Source: Octopus sinensis (Eukaryota). Taken from it: a stretch of DNA of 6,994 nucleotides. Under the pieces are notes generated by a model. That model was not told the DNA's origin. It did not search any database and saw nothing but the letters and a program-made list of their open reading frames with translations. This document shows positions 6,493 through 6,994 of the stretch, in pieces (within the stretch, counting starts at the first letter, position 1; the number at the start of each line of letters is the position of its first letter). The translations under genes were made by a program, and so were the position numbers. Where the stretch lies: NCBI RefSeq assembly GCF_006345805.1, contig NW_021829052.1, forward strand, positions 1 through 6,994. The letters are read 5' to 3'.

Positions 6493-6768
6493 GGTGGTGG
6501 TGGTGGTGGTGGTGGTGGTGGTGGTGGTGGTGATGATTGTGGTGGTGGTGGTGGTGGTAGTGGTGATGGTGGTGGTAGTGGGGGTGATGGTGGGGGTGGT
6601 GGTGGATGTGGTGGTGGTGGTGGTTGTGGTGGTGGGGTGACGGCGTTGGTGGTGGTAGTGGGGGTGGTGCGGGGTGGGGGTGGAGGTGGTGTTTGGTGGT
6701 TTTAGTGGTGGTGGTGGTGGTGGTGAGTTTCGTTGTGGTGGCGTTGGTGTTAGTGATGGCGGTGATGA
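6121..6768. repeat. Long degenerate (GGT)n-type trinucleotide low-complexity tract
   Basis: GTG/GGT/GAT/GCG triplets, with a pure (GGT)n run at about 6478-6531. Source of the poly-V/T/H/W pseudo-ORFs. Confidence 0.95.
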
Positions 6769-6845
6769 CACTTACGGGTACACTGTCATCAAGTATCCAC
6801 CCCTCTATCAACACGGGTACATATATTTTCAACGCCGACATCGTC

Positions 6846-6912
6846 ATGGTTGCCATTTAACCCCGGGTCAGTCACTGGGTCAGACTGACCTATGGTGAAA
6901 AAAAAAAAAAAA
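6846..6912 (+). other. Hairpin followed by A15, possible 3' end of a retroposed element
   Basis: GGTCAG (6866-6871 and 6878-6883) is complementary to CTGACC (6885-6890). A15 at 6898-6912. Confidence 0.3.
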
Positions 6913-6994
6913 CGCTACGACCATAACCACCCTACACCACCACCGCCGCCATCACTTTGTTTTAAATGCATAAATGTACCTAGGGCTACGCAAC

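Noticed and set aside
6762-6888. Box C/D snoRNA (GTGATGA ... CTGA)
   Set aside because: GTGATGA is common in the adjacent GTG/GAT repeat. No convincing terminal stem or recognisable rRNA guide.
6115-6898. Poly-Thr mucin-like, poly-His, poly-Val and poly-Trp ORFs
   Set aside because: All frames of one (GGT)n tract. No signal peptide, splice support or unique domain.

Overview
Eukaryotic, repeat-dominated window with no supportable intact protein-coding gene. Most long ORFs in the six-frame track are microsatellite read-throughs, and the rest overlap SINE, tandem-repeat or transposon remnants. The SINE family (recognised from memory, not from a search) and the microsatellite load point to an octopus/cephalopod intron or intergenic region. 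Contents: (i) many simple and compound microsatellites; (ii) two copies of a tRNA-derived CORE-type SINE in inverted orientation (1193-1609 +, 2530-2687 -) bracketing a degenerate tandem repeat of about 350-385 bp; (iii) the best signal, a complete type I hammerhead ribozyme core on the minus strand (5587-5666) with a minimal palindromic stem III and an enlarged loop II complementary to its own 3' flank, inside a ~320 bp structured cassette bounded by (TA)n on both sides (candidate retrozyme or solo Penelope-like LTR); (iv) a Tc1/mariner Tc2-like terminus joined to a decayed CR1/L2-type reverse transcriptase fragment. All alignments and folds were done by eye; none were computed.
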